Assembly (NCBI GenBank): GCA_965203465.1
Contig: CBDBCR010000003.1
Coordinates: 416,001 to 480,000 of the forward strand
DNA: 64,000 bases
Origin: Nitrosopumilaceae archaeon
GTDB taxonomy: Archaea > Thermoproteota > Nitrososphaeria > Nitrososphaerales > Nitrosopumilaceae
Direction of reading: 5' to 3'
Below are positions 49,373 to 59,149 of this stretch, piece by piece. The notes under the pieces are model-generated. The model saw only the letters and a program-made list of their open reading frames with translations, was not told the DNA's origin and did not search any database. A program made the position numbers and the translations under genes. Within the stretch, counting starts at the first letter, position 1. Each line of letters begins with the position of its first letter.

Positions 49373-51093
49373 TAGTAGCGCGCCTTTACCTTCTCGATGA
49401 CGCGCTCGTGCTCGCGCCCCTTTTTGCGCGCGTACCTCTCCATGGCTCCCAGCGGCACGCCGCCCAGCGAGCGCGCTATCAGGTTGAACAGGTACCGCTG
49501 CGGGCCCTTGCCGCCCGTCTTGGTCATGAACTTGCGTATGCCGTACTTGAAGTTGTGCTGCCACGTCTTGTACATGACGCCCAGCTGCGCCGGATCCATC
49601 TCGTTGCCGATGTTGAAAAAGTCCGACTTTTCCAGCAGGCCTATGGGCACGAATGTGAGCGGCGTGGTGGTGAACATGGAGTCGGGCTGCTCCTGCTCCA
49701 GCTCGTGTATTATGCGGATGGTCTCCCAGGAATCCTCGGGCGTCTCGTCGTTGTCGAGGCCCATTATCAGCGTGAACGCGGGCACCCAGTAGTTCTCGTT
49801 GAGCGTCTTTACGCCCTCTTTTACGACCCAGTGCCACTCGTCGGGCCTGTATGGGGCGAGCTTGCGGTCGGCGTACTTTTCTATCAGGCGCAGGCTGCCC
49901 GTCTCGAAGCCGCACTGTATGCCGGTCATGTTGTCCGGCCCCGAATTTATTATGCGCGACAGGTTGGGGATGAGCTTTTCGTCGGCGATGGCGCCGGCCA
50001 GCGTGCCGTGCGTTGGGTTGGTGTGCCTTATGCCCGTGGACATTATGGCCGTGAACAGCTCCTCGAGCGCCTCGCGGTTTGGCTCCATGCCCTTCGTGGT
50101 GGTCGGATCGAGGCCGTAGACGAATATGTCGTCGCTGTGCACCCAGGCCGAGGTGGAGCCTCCCTTCTTTAGGTTGACCTCGATCTCGCGCTTTACCTTT
50201 TCCGGAGGATAGTACCGCAGGGAGCGCAGCGTGACGTCGCAGAACTTGCACCCGCGCCCGCACCCGCGCATGACCTCTATCATGCCGTGCATGCTCGGCT
50301 CGACGATCTCTGGTATCTCGTCGATGTCGGGCCGGTCCCAAAAGTTGACGAACCTGCCGTGGATCTTTTCGCCGCCGCGGTCGAACTCCTTGATGTTGAC
50401 CTTGAAGTCGCTGCGCTTGCGGAACGGATCCATGTTCTCAAAGTCCCCTTTTATCAGGTAGTCGAAGAAGCGCCCCGCGTGCCCGTCTATCTCGGGGGCG
50501 ATGCCGCCCAGCTCGCCCTCCAGTATCGCGTACAGGCCGTACTCGCCTATCTTTTCGGGGGCGTAGTTGTACTGCCACGTGCCCGAGGCGCCGGCTATGA
50601 CCTTGGCCCGGCTGCCCGTCCTCTTTTTGGCCGCGTTGATGCGGCGGTGCAGCTCTGCGTTGTAGAACTCGTCGTACGATATCTGCTTGCGGCCGTAGGT
50701 GAACGTCATGGTGACCGGCCCCATCCCGAGCGGGTCCATCTCGTAGGTGCCGACCACCTCGGTCTCGGGGCCGATGAACTTCTCGATGTGGTCTGGGTGG
50801 GCCACCACCACGTCCTCCCTCCCGTACCCGTCGCGCAGCAGGCCCGCCTCTACCTTGCGGAGGCCGTAGGGCGCGTAGTCGGCCACGCCGTTGGTGTGCG
50901 GGATGTAGTTGCAGATAAAGTCGAACAGCACCTTGGGGGTGACCTGGTTGCCGAGCACCTTGTACCAAAAGCTCTTCTTGTCCCGGTGGGGGTCGATTGC
51001 CGGCGCGCAGCCGAAGAAGGTGGCAAGCGAGAGCTTGCGGTAGGGCGACATGAGCGTGCGGTCGGCCGTGAGCACTATCTTGGGGGAGCCCAT
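49369..51093 (-). CDS. Radical SAM protein with N-terminal domain (B12-binding-type architecture)
   Basis: EVMRGCGRGCKFC, APYGLRKVEA, G.YEMDPLG, GFETGS. Confidence 0.85.
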   Translation of the reverse strand: MGSPKIVLTADRTLMSPYRKLSLATFFGCAPAIDPHRDKKSFWYKVLGNQVTPKVLFDFICNYIPHTNGVADYAPYGLRKVEAGLLRDGYGREDVVVAHPDHIEKFIGPETEVVGTYEMDPLGMGPVTMTFTYGRKQISYDEFYNAELHRRINAAKKRTGSRAKVIAGASGTWQYNYAPEKIGEYGLYAILEGELGGIAPEIDGHAGRFFDYLIKGDFENMDPFRKRSDFKVNIKEFDRGGEKIHGRFVNFWDRPDIDEIPEIVEPSMHGMIEVMRGCGRGCKFCDVTLRSLRYYPPEKVKREIEVNLKKGGSTSAWVHSDDIFVYGLDPTTTKGMEPNREALEELFTAIMSTGIRHTNPTHGTLAGAIADEKLIPNLSRIINSGPDNMTGIQCGFETGSLRLIEKYADRKLAPYRPDEWHWVVKEGVKTLNENYWVPAFTLIMGLDNDETPEDSWETIRIIHELEQEQPDSMFTTTPLTFVPIGLLEKSDFFNIGNEMDPAQLGVMYKTWQHNFKYGIRKFMTKTGGKGPQRYLFNLIARSLGGVPLGAMERYARKKGREHERVIEKVKARYY

Positions 51094-51321
51094 GGTAGCC
51101 CGGGCGCCCACGGATTCGCTTTAAACCTTGGCTTCGGGCGCGCCCCGTTTCAAGGACGTAAAACCGGCGCCGGGCAAAAGTGCGGGCTGCGCGGATTCCC
51201 GCCTGGCCAAAGCCGGCAAGGCGGGCGCCGGCCTGCCGGAAACCGGACGTCTCGCGCAGGCACCGCGCCCTTTACCCAGCGCGAACCGGCCCGCCAAGAC
51301 CGGCGCCTTGGCGCGATCGCG

Positions 51322-52719
51322 TTAGCGTGAGCCGTCCATGCGATCCTGTATCGCTAGAAAGTCGTCATACAGTCTTGCGGTCACCGCCACAAACTCTTCC
51401 GACGACAGGCCCTCCTCTTCGGACACCCGCAGTTCGCGTATGTCGTACCCGGAAGGCACGGGCTTGAACGAGTACGCGCCCACTTCTTGGGGCATGAGAA
51501 AGTCCTTTTTGAGATCGTCGGGAAAGCCGCGGCCACCATCCAACGCGGCGCCGGTCTGAATCAAATTGCTCAACTGCTCCACCACGAATGGGCTATGGGT
51601 TGTGATCAATACTTTCATGCCGCGGCGCACCAGCCTCGCCAGGAACTTGGCCAGCGCGGCCTGCGCGCGCGGATGCAGGTGCGCTTCAGGCTCTTCCAGT
51701 ATGAGCAAGCCCGGTTTTGTAATGACGTGCTTTAGGTACAGCACCAGCGGCGCCGCCCCCGACACGGCAGACGACGCCAGATCCAGCGGAAAAGCTCGCT
51801 TTCCGCTGTAGAACTTTACCTGCGGCGAAATGCCGCGCGCGAGTTCGACCCGTCCGCCGAGTATCTCGCGCTCCATGTCGGAGGCGACGTCGTGGAAGGG
51901 GAGCCTGCCGGAGGGGCGCCCGTGGATTTCCAGCACGTCTGCAACAAAATCCGACACGGCGCCGGAAAGATTCGGCGCGTCAACCTCGCGCGGGCCCGCG
52001 CCCGGAGAGTGCAGGACGATGCTGTCGGACAGTGCGCGCTGTCCCCGCAGTATGCCGGATCTGGAAGCGGGCAGGTAAAACGACGCCAAGGGTTGCATTT
52101 GTGATCGCATCGACCGGAGCGTGCCGGCTATGCTGCTCTCGGAAGGCGCGGGACGGCGGCGCGGCGCATTGCCACAGTCGTCAGAACGCGCAACGAGCGC
52201 CGTCACGGTTCCGGGCACCGCCTTGCCGGCTCTGTGCGCGAATTCGACGCGGAAATCAGAGGGGAGTATCCTGCGCCGGCGGTCGTCTGGAAGGGCGATG
52301 CTGGCCGAAAAATAACCGGTGCGTATTTTCAACGTGCATTTTTTGGCCCCCGCCCTGACCAGAGATCCCAAATCGCGGGAAAAGAACCGCCCGATCCTCT
52401 CATAGGCTTCCCCGACGATCTCGGACGCCAAGTGCTTCGAGATGTCCAGCGCCGCGCGCTTTTCCAGCACCAAGGGCATTTCCTTGCCCAACAAACCGCC
52501 GACCAGTTTCTCGATTCTGGGCGGAGGCGCGGGCGGACGCGCCGCCGGATTCAATATAGAATGCACCATCAGCGCTACGTACGACTTGCCCGAATTGTTG
52601 GGCCCCACCAGCACCGTGATCGGCTTGATCGAGACCTTGCCGGACACGATGGGGCCGAAATTGCGGATTTCCAGATCCAGAGCGCTCCCGGTGTCGGTTT
52701 TGTCAGCCTTGCTCGCCGT
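51322..52719 (-). CDS. ABC/AAA_15-AAA_21-type ATPase (AbiEii/OLD-like)
   Basis: IRNFGPI, Walker A GPNNSGKS, YLPASRSG, signature ASSAV, Walker B ILEEPEAHLHP, ITTHS. The conserved N-terminus lies upstream of the track GTG 52647, so the start is uncertain (ACG 52719?). Confidence 0.82.
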   Translation of the reverse strand, partial: TASKADKTDTGSALDLEIRNFGPIVSGKVSIKPITVLVGPNNSGKSYVALMVHSILNPAARPPAPPPRIEKLVGGLLGKEMPLVLEKRAALDISKHLASEIVGEAYERIGRFFSRDLGSLVRAGAKKCTLKIRTGYFSASIALPDDRRRRILPSDFRVEFAHRAGKAVPGTVTALVARSDDCGNAPRRRPAPSESSIAGTLRSMRSQMQPLASFYLPASRSGILRGQRALSDSIVLHSPGAGPREVDAPNLSGAVSDFVADVLEIHGRPSGRLPFHDVASDMEREILGGRVELARGISPQVKFYSGKRAFPLDLASSAVSGAAPLVLYLKHVITKPGLLILEEPEAHLHPRAQAALAKFLARLVRRGMKVLITTHSPFVVEQLSNLIQTGAALDGGRGFPDDLKKDFLMPQEVGAYSFKPVPSGYDIRELRVSEEEGLSSEEFVAVTARLYDDFLAIQDRMDGSR

Positions 52720-52766
52720 CGTGGCCCGCCGGCTCGCGGCAAATATTTAATTTTTCTTGAAGATCG

Positions 52767-52870
52767 CAGTCAGCCCGAAAGTGGCCAGAACGGGCCCGCC
52801 GAAAGATCCGAAAACGCCCGTCCCGGACGATGCCTTGGCGCAGATGTGAAGGGGCCCCCGGACGGGCTTT
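52767..52870 (+). mobile_element. Degenerate end of the 28827-29318 element family
   Basis: CAGTCAGCCCGAAAG matches the TIR at 12/15. It is followed by GGGCCCGCCGAAAGATCCGAAAACGCCCGTCCCGGACGATGCCT, matching the reverse complement of ~29226-29270. Confidence 0.7.
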
Positions 52871-52906
52871 ATGCGCCTTGGGTTGGCCGGAGGCGCAGGC
52901 ATGGAA

Positions 52907-53305
52907 TCACGCACCCAGATCCACGCCCGACCTGACAGAGGCTATTCCCGATTGGCGTGCCGCTTTCAGCATCTTTTTGTCGTCAGTGACCAGCTCCAGC
53001 CCGTGGTGCTTTGCCATTACGACGTATGCGGAATCATAAAACGTCAGCCCGTTGCGGACTAGCGTGTCAGCTACGTCTTCTTCCATGCCGATCACTTTTA
53101 GCGAGCGCATTTGGGATAAAAAATCCAGGCATGTGCGGAGTAGAGACACCGTCTCGCCGTAATCGCCTCTGGGCTTTTTCCACAGTGCGTTGCCAAGCTC
53201 GTACCTCGTAAGATCCAGCACCGCCTGCCCTTGAAAACGAACATGCTGGTCGGATCCGCGGATCAGTATGTTCAAAAACGCGCTAGCGTCGTAGAGTCGA
53301 TCCAT
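52907..53305 (-). CDS. vapC: VapC-type PIN-domain toxin
   Basis: YDASAFL, LTRYELGNALWK, LTFYDSAYV, LVTDD. Confidence 0.88.
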   Translation of the reverse strand: MDRLYDASAFLNILIRGSDQHVRFQGQAVLDLTRYELGNALWKKPRGDYGETVSLLRTCLDFLSQMRSLKVIGMEEDVADTLVRNGLTFYDSAYVVMAKHHGLELVTDDKKMLKAARQSGIASVRSGVDLGA

Positions 53306-53306
53306 G

Positions 53307-53783
53307 CTACTCGTCGTCGCGGACTGATCGCACCATCTTTACGATGTCTTCCCCGCTGAGTCTTGGCGCGAACGTGCGCCTAACCCGCTCCAAGTCGGCC
53401 GGATCGACTTCGCGCGGCTTTGGGACGGTTGGGCGGCTGTCGTCGCGTTCGTGCTCGAGCATTTCCAATAGCACGGACTCGCGCCTTTTGTGTGTCTCGA
53501 GATCCGCTTTCAACGACGCGTTCTGGCGTTTCGCTGCGTCGTGGCTGATCTTCTGCGCTCTGAGCTCGCCTTGCAAACGCGCGACCTTTTGTTCCAACAG
53601 TTCAAGGTTCGAGGTACGCAAAAGCCCCGTCTTGAATGCGGGTTTTGGATCAAATTGCGCACGAGAGTCAGGCTCCCCAAAACCGGCCAAGCGTTTTACT
53701 GTCGATTCGCGAACGAATTCTTCCCGGACAGGCTTTGCGTCTGCTGCATATCCTTTCTTTTTCTGGTTGTATGAGAACAACAC
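53307..53783 (-). CDS. Putative antitoxin with central coiled coil (start uncertain)
   Basis: Stop lies 1 nt before the vapC ATG. C-terminal SGEDIVKMVRSVRDDE resembles archaeal VapB tails. Confidence 0.55.
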   Translation of the reverse strand: MLFSYNQKKKGYAADAKPVREEFVRESTVKRLAGFGEPDSRAQFDPKPAFKTGLLRTSNLELLEQKVARLQGELRAQKISHDAAKRQNASLKADLETHKRRESVLLEMLEHERDDSRPTVPKPREVDPADLERVRRTFAPRLSGEDIVKMVRSVRDDE

Positions 53784-53789
53784 TGCGTA

Positions 53790-54188
53790 TCAACTCCCGT
53801 CCTGCGTAGCGCCGTCCTTTGGAAAGGCATCGGATGTGCATTTTATCTGAAACGCCGTGGCCGTGGATCTCATGTCTTCGAGAATATCATACAGCCGGGC
53901 CTTGTCGCCTTTGTAATCAGACAGCAGCGCACGCAAGTTCTTGGTCACGTTGTCGACCAGCCCAGTCGCGTCGTCCGAAGGAACCGCGTAGGTGTCAAAC
54001 AGCGGGCCGATTTGTGAAAAGACGCCCTCGAGCACCTCGGCGATAAAAACGCCGCGCTTAAAGTCCAACAGCGCGGACAGACGAGTCATGTTTGCGGCGA
54101 CTGTAAAGCACCCCCTAAAGTTGCGCCTGCCTGAAAGGTCCATCATGCTCTGCAAAGACTCCTCGAATGAAACATGGGCGTCCTTCAT
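53790..54188 (-). CDS. Hypothetical helical protein (132 aa)
   Basis: ORF track. TATTTAT box about 30 nt upstream. First gene of the islet operon. Confidence 0.65.
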   Translation of the reverse strand: MKDAHVSFEESLQSMMDLSGRRNFRGCFTVAANMTRLSALLDFKRGVFIAEVLEGVFSQIGPLFDTYAVPSDDATGLVDNVTKNLRALLSDYKGDKARLYDILEDMRSTATAFQIKCTSDAFPKDGATQDGS

Positions 54189-54360
54189 ACCCCCGCTGGT
54201 CGAGCCTAGCGCATAAATAGGTTATTTGTCGTCCCAGCCCAAAGGATGCCCGATCGCCGCGGCCGTCTTGGGCGGCGCGGGCCCCGCGCCTCCGCCGCGG
54301 CACCAGGCACGCGGCCTGTCCGGCGCAACTCTTAATTCCGGCCCCCGGCCCCCGCGATCC

Positions 54361-54999
54361 GTGGGCCCGATCAGCGTCGATCAGATGTACCGCATAGAGG
54401 AGGCCGGCCACGCCATGGGCTTCCACAAAAAGTTCATGATGGAAAACGCCGGCGCCGCTGCCGTCCGCCGCCTGACGGAGCGCGCCCCCGTCGAGGGCAG
54501 GAAGATCCAGGTGCTGTGCGGCATGGGCAACAACGGCGGCGACGGCATGGTCATGGCGCGCCACCTTGCCGGCCACGGCGCCGGGGTCTCGCTCTCGCTG
54601 ATGGGCGATCCCAAGGACCTGCGCACCGAAGAGTCGCGCTGGAACTGGTCGCTGCTGGAGCGCATGAAGTCGGTCGAGCTGGAAAAGAGCTACGCGTCGA
54701 GCGCGCCGGACATCATCATAGACGCGATGCTCGGCACCGGCATATCCGGCGCCGTGCGCGAGCCGTACGCGTCGGCGATCTCGCACCTCAACGGCAGCTC
54801 GTGCCTAAAGGTGGCAGTAGACGTGCCCTCCGGCCTCGACCCCCAGACCGGCCAGGCCGCCGATCCGGTCGCCCGCTGCGACATGACGGTCACGTTCCAC
54901 CGCATGAAGGAGGGCATACCCGCAAGGCCCGACCTGACCGGCGCCGTCTACGTCGAGCGCATAGGGATACCGCCCGAGGCCCAAGAGGGGATACTGTGA
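54361..54999 (+). CDS. nnrE: NAD(P)H-hydrate epimerase (YjeF N-domain)
   Basis: MMENAG, GMGNNGGDG, DAMLGTG, AVDVPSG, TVTFH. GTG 54361 lies 29 nt after TTAATT. Confidence 0.92.
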   Translation: MGPISVDQMYRIEEAGHAMGFHKKFMMENAGAAAVRRLTERAPVEGRKIQVLCGMGNNGGDGMVMARHLAGHGAGVSLSLMGDPKDLRTEESRWNWSLLERMKSVELEKSYASSAPDIIIDAMLGTGISGAVREPYASAISHLNGSSCLKVAVDVPSGLDPQTGQAADPVARCDMTVTFHRMKEGIPARPDLTGAVYVERIGIPPEAQEGIL

Positions 55000-55604
55000 A
55001 CGTGTACCCGGTGCCGGTGGGCGGCATGCAGAACTTGACGTACGTGCTGGAAGACGAGGCCACCTCCGAGTGCCTGATCCTCGATCCGTCCTGGGACCTC
55101 CACAAGGTAAAGGAGGCCATATCCCTCAATGGCATGAGGCCCTCCAAGATAGTCAACACGCACCACCACTTCGACCACACCACCGGCAACGCCGAGCTTG
55201 CCCGCTACCTCAAGGTGCCCGTCGTGCAGCACGAAGAGTCCCCGCTGCCCCACGACGTGTCCGTGTCCGACGGCGGGCAGGTACGGTTCGGCGGCTCTTC
55301 GCTGCGCGTGTACCACACGCCGGGCCACTCGCGCGACAGCATCTGCCTGGTCGGGGACGGCAGGCTGTTCTCCGGCGACACGCTCTTCGTGGGCAGCTGC
55401 GGCAGGACCGACCTGGAGGGGGGCAGCGCGCGCGAGCTGTACCGCAGCCTGTTCGGCGTGCTGTACAACCTCGACGATTCCCTGGAGGTGCTGCCGGGCC
55501 ACGACTACGGCCCCTCCCCGTCCTCTACGCTGGGCAGGGAAAAGGCCACCAACCCCGTCCTCCAAAAGCGCACCGAGGACGAGTTCGTCGCGATGCTGCG
55601 ATGA
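54996..55604 (+). CDS. Metallo-beta-lactamase-fold hydrolase (glyoxalase II-like)
   Basis: THHHFDH, HTPGHS, FSGDTLF, PGHDY. Confidence 0.9.
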   Translation: MNVYPVPVGGMQNLTYVLEDEATSECLILDPSWDLHKVKEAISLNGMRPSKIVNTHHHFDHTTGNAELARYLKVPVVQHEESPLPHDVSVSDGGQVRFGGSSLRVYHTPGHSRDSICLVGDGRLFSGDTLFVGSCGRTDLEGGSARELYRSLFGVLYNLDDSLEVLPGHDYGPSPSSTLGREKATNPVLQKRTEDEFVAMLR

Positions 55605-56662
55605 ACCGGGTCCTCTGCGCCGGGCGGCTCGGCGAGGAGTTCGTCGAGGCGGTGCGCGGCGGCAGGTTTTTGTTCTCGCTGGTGCTCTCGCACACAGAGA
55701 CCTCCTCCATACCCGGGATCACGGCGGCCGGCGCCTCGCCCGAGCTGGTCAGGCTCACGCCGCCGGCGGACGCCGAGTTCATCCACTACGGCCAGTGCCT
55801 CTCGGCCGAGTCGGTGCCCGCCACGCCGGACGGCAAGCCCACCCCGGCCCTGCTCACAAAGGCCGCCCTCGAATCCGCCAGCATACCGCACGTGGCAGTC
55901 GACGCGGGCTGCGCCTCGCCCCCCCGGCTCCCCCACGTGTGGACGGGCCTGCTCCCGGGCGGCAACATACTCGACGGGCCGGCCATGTCCGAGGCCGAGG
56001 CGGTGCGCGCCCTCGACGCCGGCAGGACCGTAGGCAGGATGCTCGCCCCGCTGGCCGACTGCCTCGTGGTGGGCGAGAGCGTGCCGGGCGGCACCACCAC
56101 GGCGCTCGCGGTGCTGCGCGGGCTAGGGTACGGTTCCGCGCGCGTCAGCTCGAGCATGCCGCGCAACCCCTCGAGCCTGAAGGAGGGGGCGGCGCGCGCG
56201 GCCCTCGCGAGGACGAAATCGGAGGATCCCATGGAGGTGGCAGCGCAGGCCGGCGACCCCATGATCCTGTTCGTGGCAGGCATGCTGGGGGCCGCCTCGG
56301 CCGTCACGCGCGTGATGCTCGCCGGCGGCACGCAGATGGCCGCCGTGCTGGCCCTCGCCGGCAGGCTGGGCTACGACGAAAGGCGCGCGGCCGTGGCGGC
56401 CACCCGGTACGTCGCCGAGGACGCCTCGGCCAACCTGGCAGAGACCGTCTCGCGGGTGTCCGGCGCGCCCCTGATAGTCTCGGATCCGGGCCTCGCCTCG
56501 TCCGGGGTGGCCGGCCTGCGCGCCTTTTCGGAGGGGTTCGCCAAGGAGGGCGCCGGCGCCGGCGGCTGCTGCGCGGCGGCCCACCTGCGCGCGGGCGTAA
56601 GCTCTGAAAAGATGAGGGAGGCCGCCGAGGCCGAATACAGGCGCGCGTTCAGCGGACCGTGA
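55601..56662 (+). CDS. cobT: Archaeal nicotinate-nucleotide:DMB phosphoribosyltransferase
   Basis: IPGITAAGA, TPPADAE, GESVPGGTTTA, LAGGTQM, KEGAGAGG. Confidence 0.88.
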   Translation: MNRVLCAGRLGEEFVEAVRGGRFLFSLVLSHTETSSIPGITAAGASPELVRLTPPADAEFIHYGQCLSAESVPATPDGKPTPALLTKAALESASIPHVAVDAGCASPPRLPHVWTGLLPGGNILDGPAMSEAEAVRALDAGRTVGRMLAPLADCLVVGESVPGGTTTALAVLRGLGYGSARVSSSMPRNPSSLKEGAARAALARTKSEDPMEVAAQAGDPMILFVAGMLGAASAVTRVMLAGGTQMAAVLALAGRLGYDERRAAVAATRYVAEDASANLAETVSRVSGAPLIVSDPGLASSGVAGLRAFSEGFAKEGAGAGGCCAAAHLRAGVSSEKMREAAEAEYRRAFSGP

Positions 56663-58391
56663 CCGACTTTGCCAGGTTGCGCGGATAGTCCGGATCGGCG
56701 TCGCGCTCCAGCGCCGTATAGTAGGCCACCAGCTGCACGGGCACCACCTCGACTATCGGGTACATCTCTTCCTGCACCGCCGGTATCGGCACCCAGTGGT
56801 CGTACGCGTCGCTGGGGCGGTCCGATATCCCCACGATGCGCGCGCCGCGCGCGCGTATCTCGCGCACGCTCGTCATGGTGTCCTGGTACGTCGAATCGGA
56901 CGGGTTGATCGCGATCACGGGGGTGCCGTCCTGGACCAGCGCCAGCGGGCCGTGCTTTAGCTCGCCGCCGGGCACGCCCTCTGCGTGTATGTACGTAAGC
57001 TCCTTTAGTTTCAGGGCCGACTCCGAGGCCGTCGGATAGTGCACGCCGCGGCCCAGCACGTACACGTCCGAGGCGCCGGCCAGCAGCCCCGCCACCGAGC
57101 GCGCCTTGGAGTGGTCCCCCAGAATCTTAGAGGCGGCGGCGGCCGCGCCGGCCAGGTCCGGCCGGAACGCGCCGCCCGAAAGAATCTCGGACATGCGCGC
57201 CACGGCCGCAAGCTGCGCCGTAAAGCTCTTGGTGGCCGCCACCCCTATCTCGGGGCCGCAGCCGAGCGGCACCGTGGCGTCCGATTCGTGCGCGAGCGAG
57301 GACATCATCAGGTTCACCAGCGAGAGCACCCGGGCGCCGGACTTGCGCGCCATGCGCGCCGCGTGCAGCACGTCGGCGCTCTCGCCGCTCTGCGAAAAGG
57401 CCAGCAGCAGCGAGCCGGGGCCGGCCTGCGCCGGATCGTGGGGCAGCTCGCTGGACACGACCGCCTCGGCCGAGACGCCCGCGTGGCGCGCCAGCATGTG
57501 CCTCGCGACCAGCGCCGCGTTGTAGCTCGAGCCGCTGCCCGTGAGCAGCACGCGCGAGGCGGAGCGCACCATGGCCGCCGCCCGCCCCAGATCCGCGCCG
57601 GCCGCAGACAGCGTCCGGGGCTGCTCGGATATCTCCTTTATCGTGTAGTGGGCGTAGTCGCCCTTGTACACGTCGGCGAACTCGCGCGATACGCGCGTGG
57701 CGCGCACCGGCGCCGGCCTCCCGTCGAAGCCGAACGCCTCGAGCCCGCCGCGCACCAGCACAAAGCTTCCGTTGTCGATGTAGACCGCCTCGTCGGTCCC
57801 CTCGATGAACCCGAGCACGTCGCTCGACAGGTAGTGCTCGCCCGACCTGCCCACCCCCACTATCATGGGCTCGTGGAAGCGCGCCGCCGCCAGCGTGCCG
57901 TTGGAGAACAGCGCCGCGAACGCGTAGTGGCCGCGCAGGCGTGCCAGCGTGGAGACCATCGCCTCGCGCTCGTCGCCCGACTCCGAGTAGTGCAGCTGCA
58001 AAAGGTGCGATATGGTCTCGGTGTCCGTCTCGCTCGAAAACTCGCACCCGCGCCCCCGCAGCTCCGAGCGCAGCTGCTCAAAGTTCTCTATTATCCCGTT
58101 GTGCACCACGGCCACCTGCCCGCTCACGTGCGGGTGCGCGTTGGCCTCGGTGATGCCCCCGTGCGAGGCCCAGCGCGTGTGGCCGATGCCGGCGCCGCCC
58201 TCCAGCCCGCCCAGGTCGGCCGAGGCCTCGACCTCGTCCACCTTGCCCACGCCCTTCCGAAGCGAGATCGAGCCGCCGCTCGCGGTCGCCACGCCGACGC
58301 TGTCGTACCCGCGGTACTCCATGCGGCGCAGCCCCTTTACCAGCACGGGCGCGGCGGGCGCCGCGCCGCTAAAGCCGATTATGGAGCACAT
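56649..58391 (-). CDS. glmS: Glutamine--fructose-6-phosphate transaminase
   Basis: N-terminal Cys (MCSIIG), EYRGYDS, GHTRWA, SQSGES, LKLKE, PRNLAKSVTV. Confidence 0.96.
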   Translation of the reverse strand: MCSIIGFSGAAPAAPVLVKGLRRMEYRGYDSVGVATASGGSISLRKGVGKVDEVEASADLGGLEGGAGIGHTRWASHGGITEANAHPHVSGQVAVVHNGIIENFEQLRSELRGRGCEFSSETDTETISHLLQLHYSESGDEREAMVSTLARLRGHYAFAALFSNGTLAAARFHEPMIVGVGRSGEHYLSSDVLGFIEGTDEAVYIDNGSFVLVRGGLEAFGFDGRPAPVRATRVSREFADVYKGDYAHYTIKEISEQPRTLSAAGADLGRAAAMVRSASRVLLTGSGSSYNAALVARHMLARHAGVSAEAVVSSELPHDPAQAGPGSLLLAFSQSGESADVLHAARMARKSGARVLSLVNLMMSSLAHESDATVPLGCGPEIGVAATKSFTAQLAAVARMSEILSGGAFRPDLAGAAAAASKILGDHSKARSVAGLLAGASDVYVLGRGVHYPTASESALKLKELTYIHAEGVPGGELKHGPLALVQDGTPVIAINPSDSTYQDTMTSVREIRARGARIVGISDRPSDAYDHWVPIPAVQEEMYPIVEVVPVQLVAYYTALERDADPDYPRNLAKSVTVR

Positions 58392-58422
58392 GGACGCGAC
58401 CGCCCCTGCGCGCTAGGCGCGC

Positions 58423-59145
58423 TCATCTGCCCTCGGCCGTATCTGCGCCCCCGGCGCCGGGGGCTTGCGCGTCGGGCGCGGCGCCGCCGTTGGAACCGGC
58501 GGGCGCCGCGCCGGCCGCGCGGCCGGAGCCGGCAGGCGGATCGGCCTCGGTTCTGGAACCGGCGGGCGCCGCCTCGGCGCCTGCCACGTCCCCGTCCGGC
58601 GCCGCGCCGGCGGCCTCCCCGGCGCCGCTCTTGTCCGCGTCGGATCTGTCGCGCACGGCCTTTTGGAATCCCGAGCCGGGCCGCAGCGATATCTGCGGCT
58701 CTTCCTCGAGCGTGACTACGTACGACGGTATGTCCACCCTGCGCTCCCCTATCATCACGTGCCCGTGCACGACGGCCTGCCTCGCCTGGTACGGCGTCCT
58801 GAATCCGAACTTTTTCATCACGACCGTCTGCAGCCGGCGCGCGAGCAGATCCGTCACCTGCAGGCTGAGTATGTCGTCGAGCGTGGATTCGGCGCCCACC
58901 AGGCCGGTGCGCGAGAGCGAGCGCAGCAGTATGGGCTCCTTTTCCCTGCGCACCTCCCTGCCGAGGGCCAGCAGCGAGCGCGCCTGGTGCCTGACGCGCG
59001 ACAGCTCGGTGCGCGCCTTCCACAGCTCCCTCTTTGTCTTTAGCCCGAACTTGCCGAGCGTCTGCAGCTCCTCCATCTTTAGGTCGTAGTTTAGGGGGCG
59101 CTTTGGCTTTTTCCAGACCCTGCGCGGGTACTTTGGATCGCCCAT
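58423..59145 (-). CDS. rps4: 30S ribosomal protein uS4 with low-complexity C-terminal tail
   Basis: MGDPK, GLK.KRELWK, RRLQT.V, QARQ.VVHGH. Confidence 0.95.
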   Translation of the reverse strand: MGDPKYPRRVWKKPKRPLNYDLKMEELQTLGKFGLKTKRELWKARTELSRVRHQARSLLALGREVRREKEPILLRSLSRTGLVGAESTLDDILSLQVTDLLARRLQTVVMKKFGFRTPYQARQAVVHGHVMIGERRVDIPSYVVTLEEEPQISLRPGSGFQKAVRDRSDADKSGAGEAAGAAPDGDVAGAEAAPAGSRTEADPPAGSGRAAGAAPAGSNGGAAPDAQAPGAGGADTAEGR

Positions 59146-59149
59146 GCCC

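Noticed and set aside
58423-58660. PAGS-repeat tail of uS4 (18-bp repeat at ~58492 and ~58555)
   Set aside because: Low-complexity tails on ribosomal proteins are common in this lineage, and nothing indicates a separate function.
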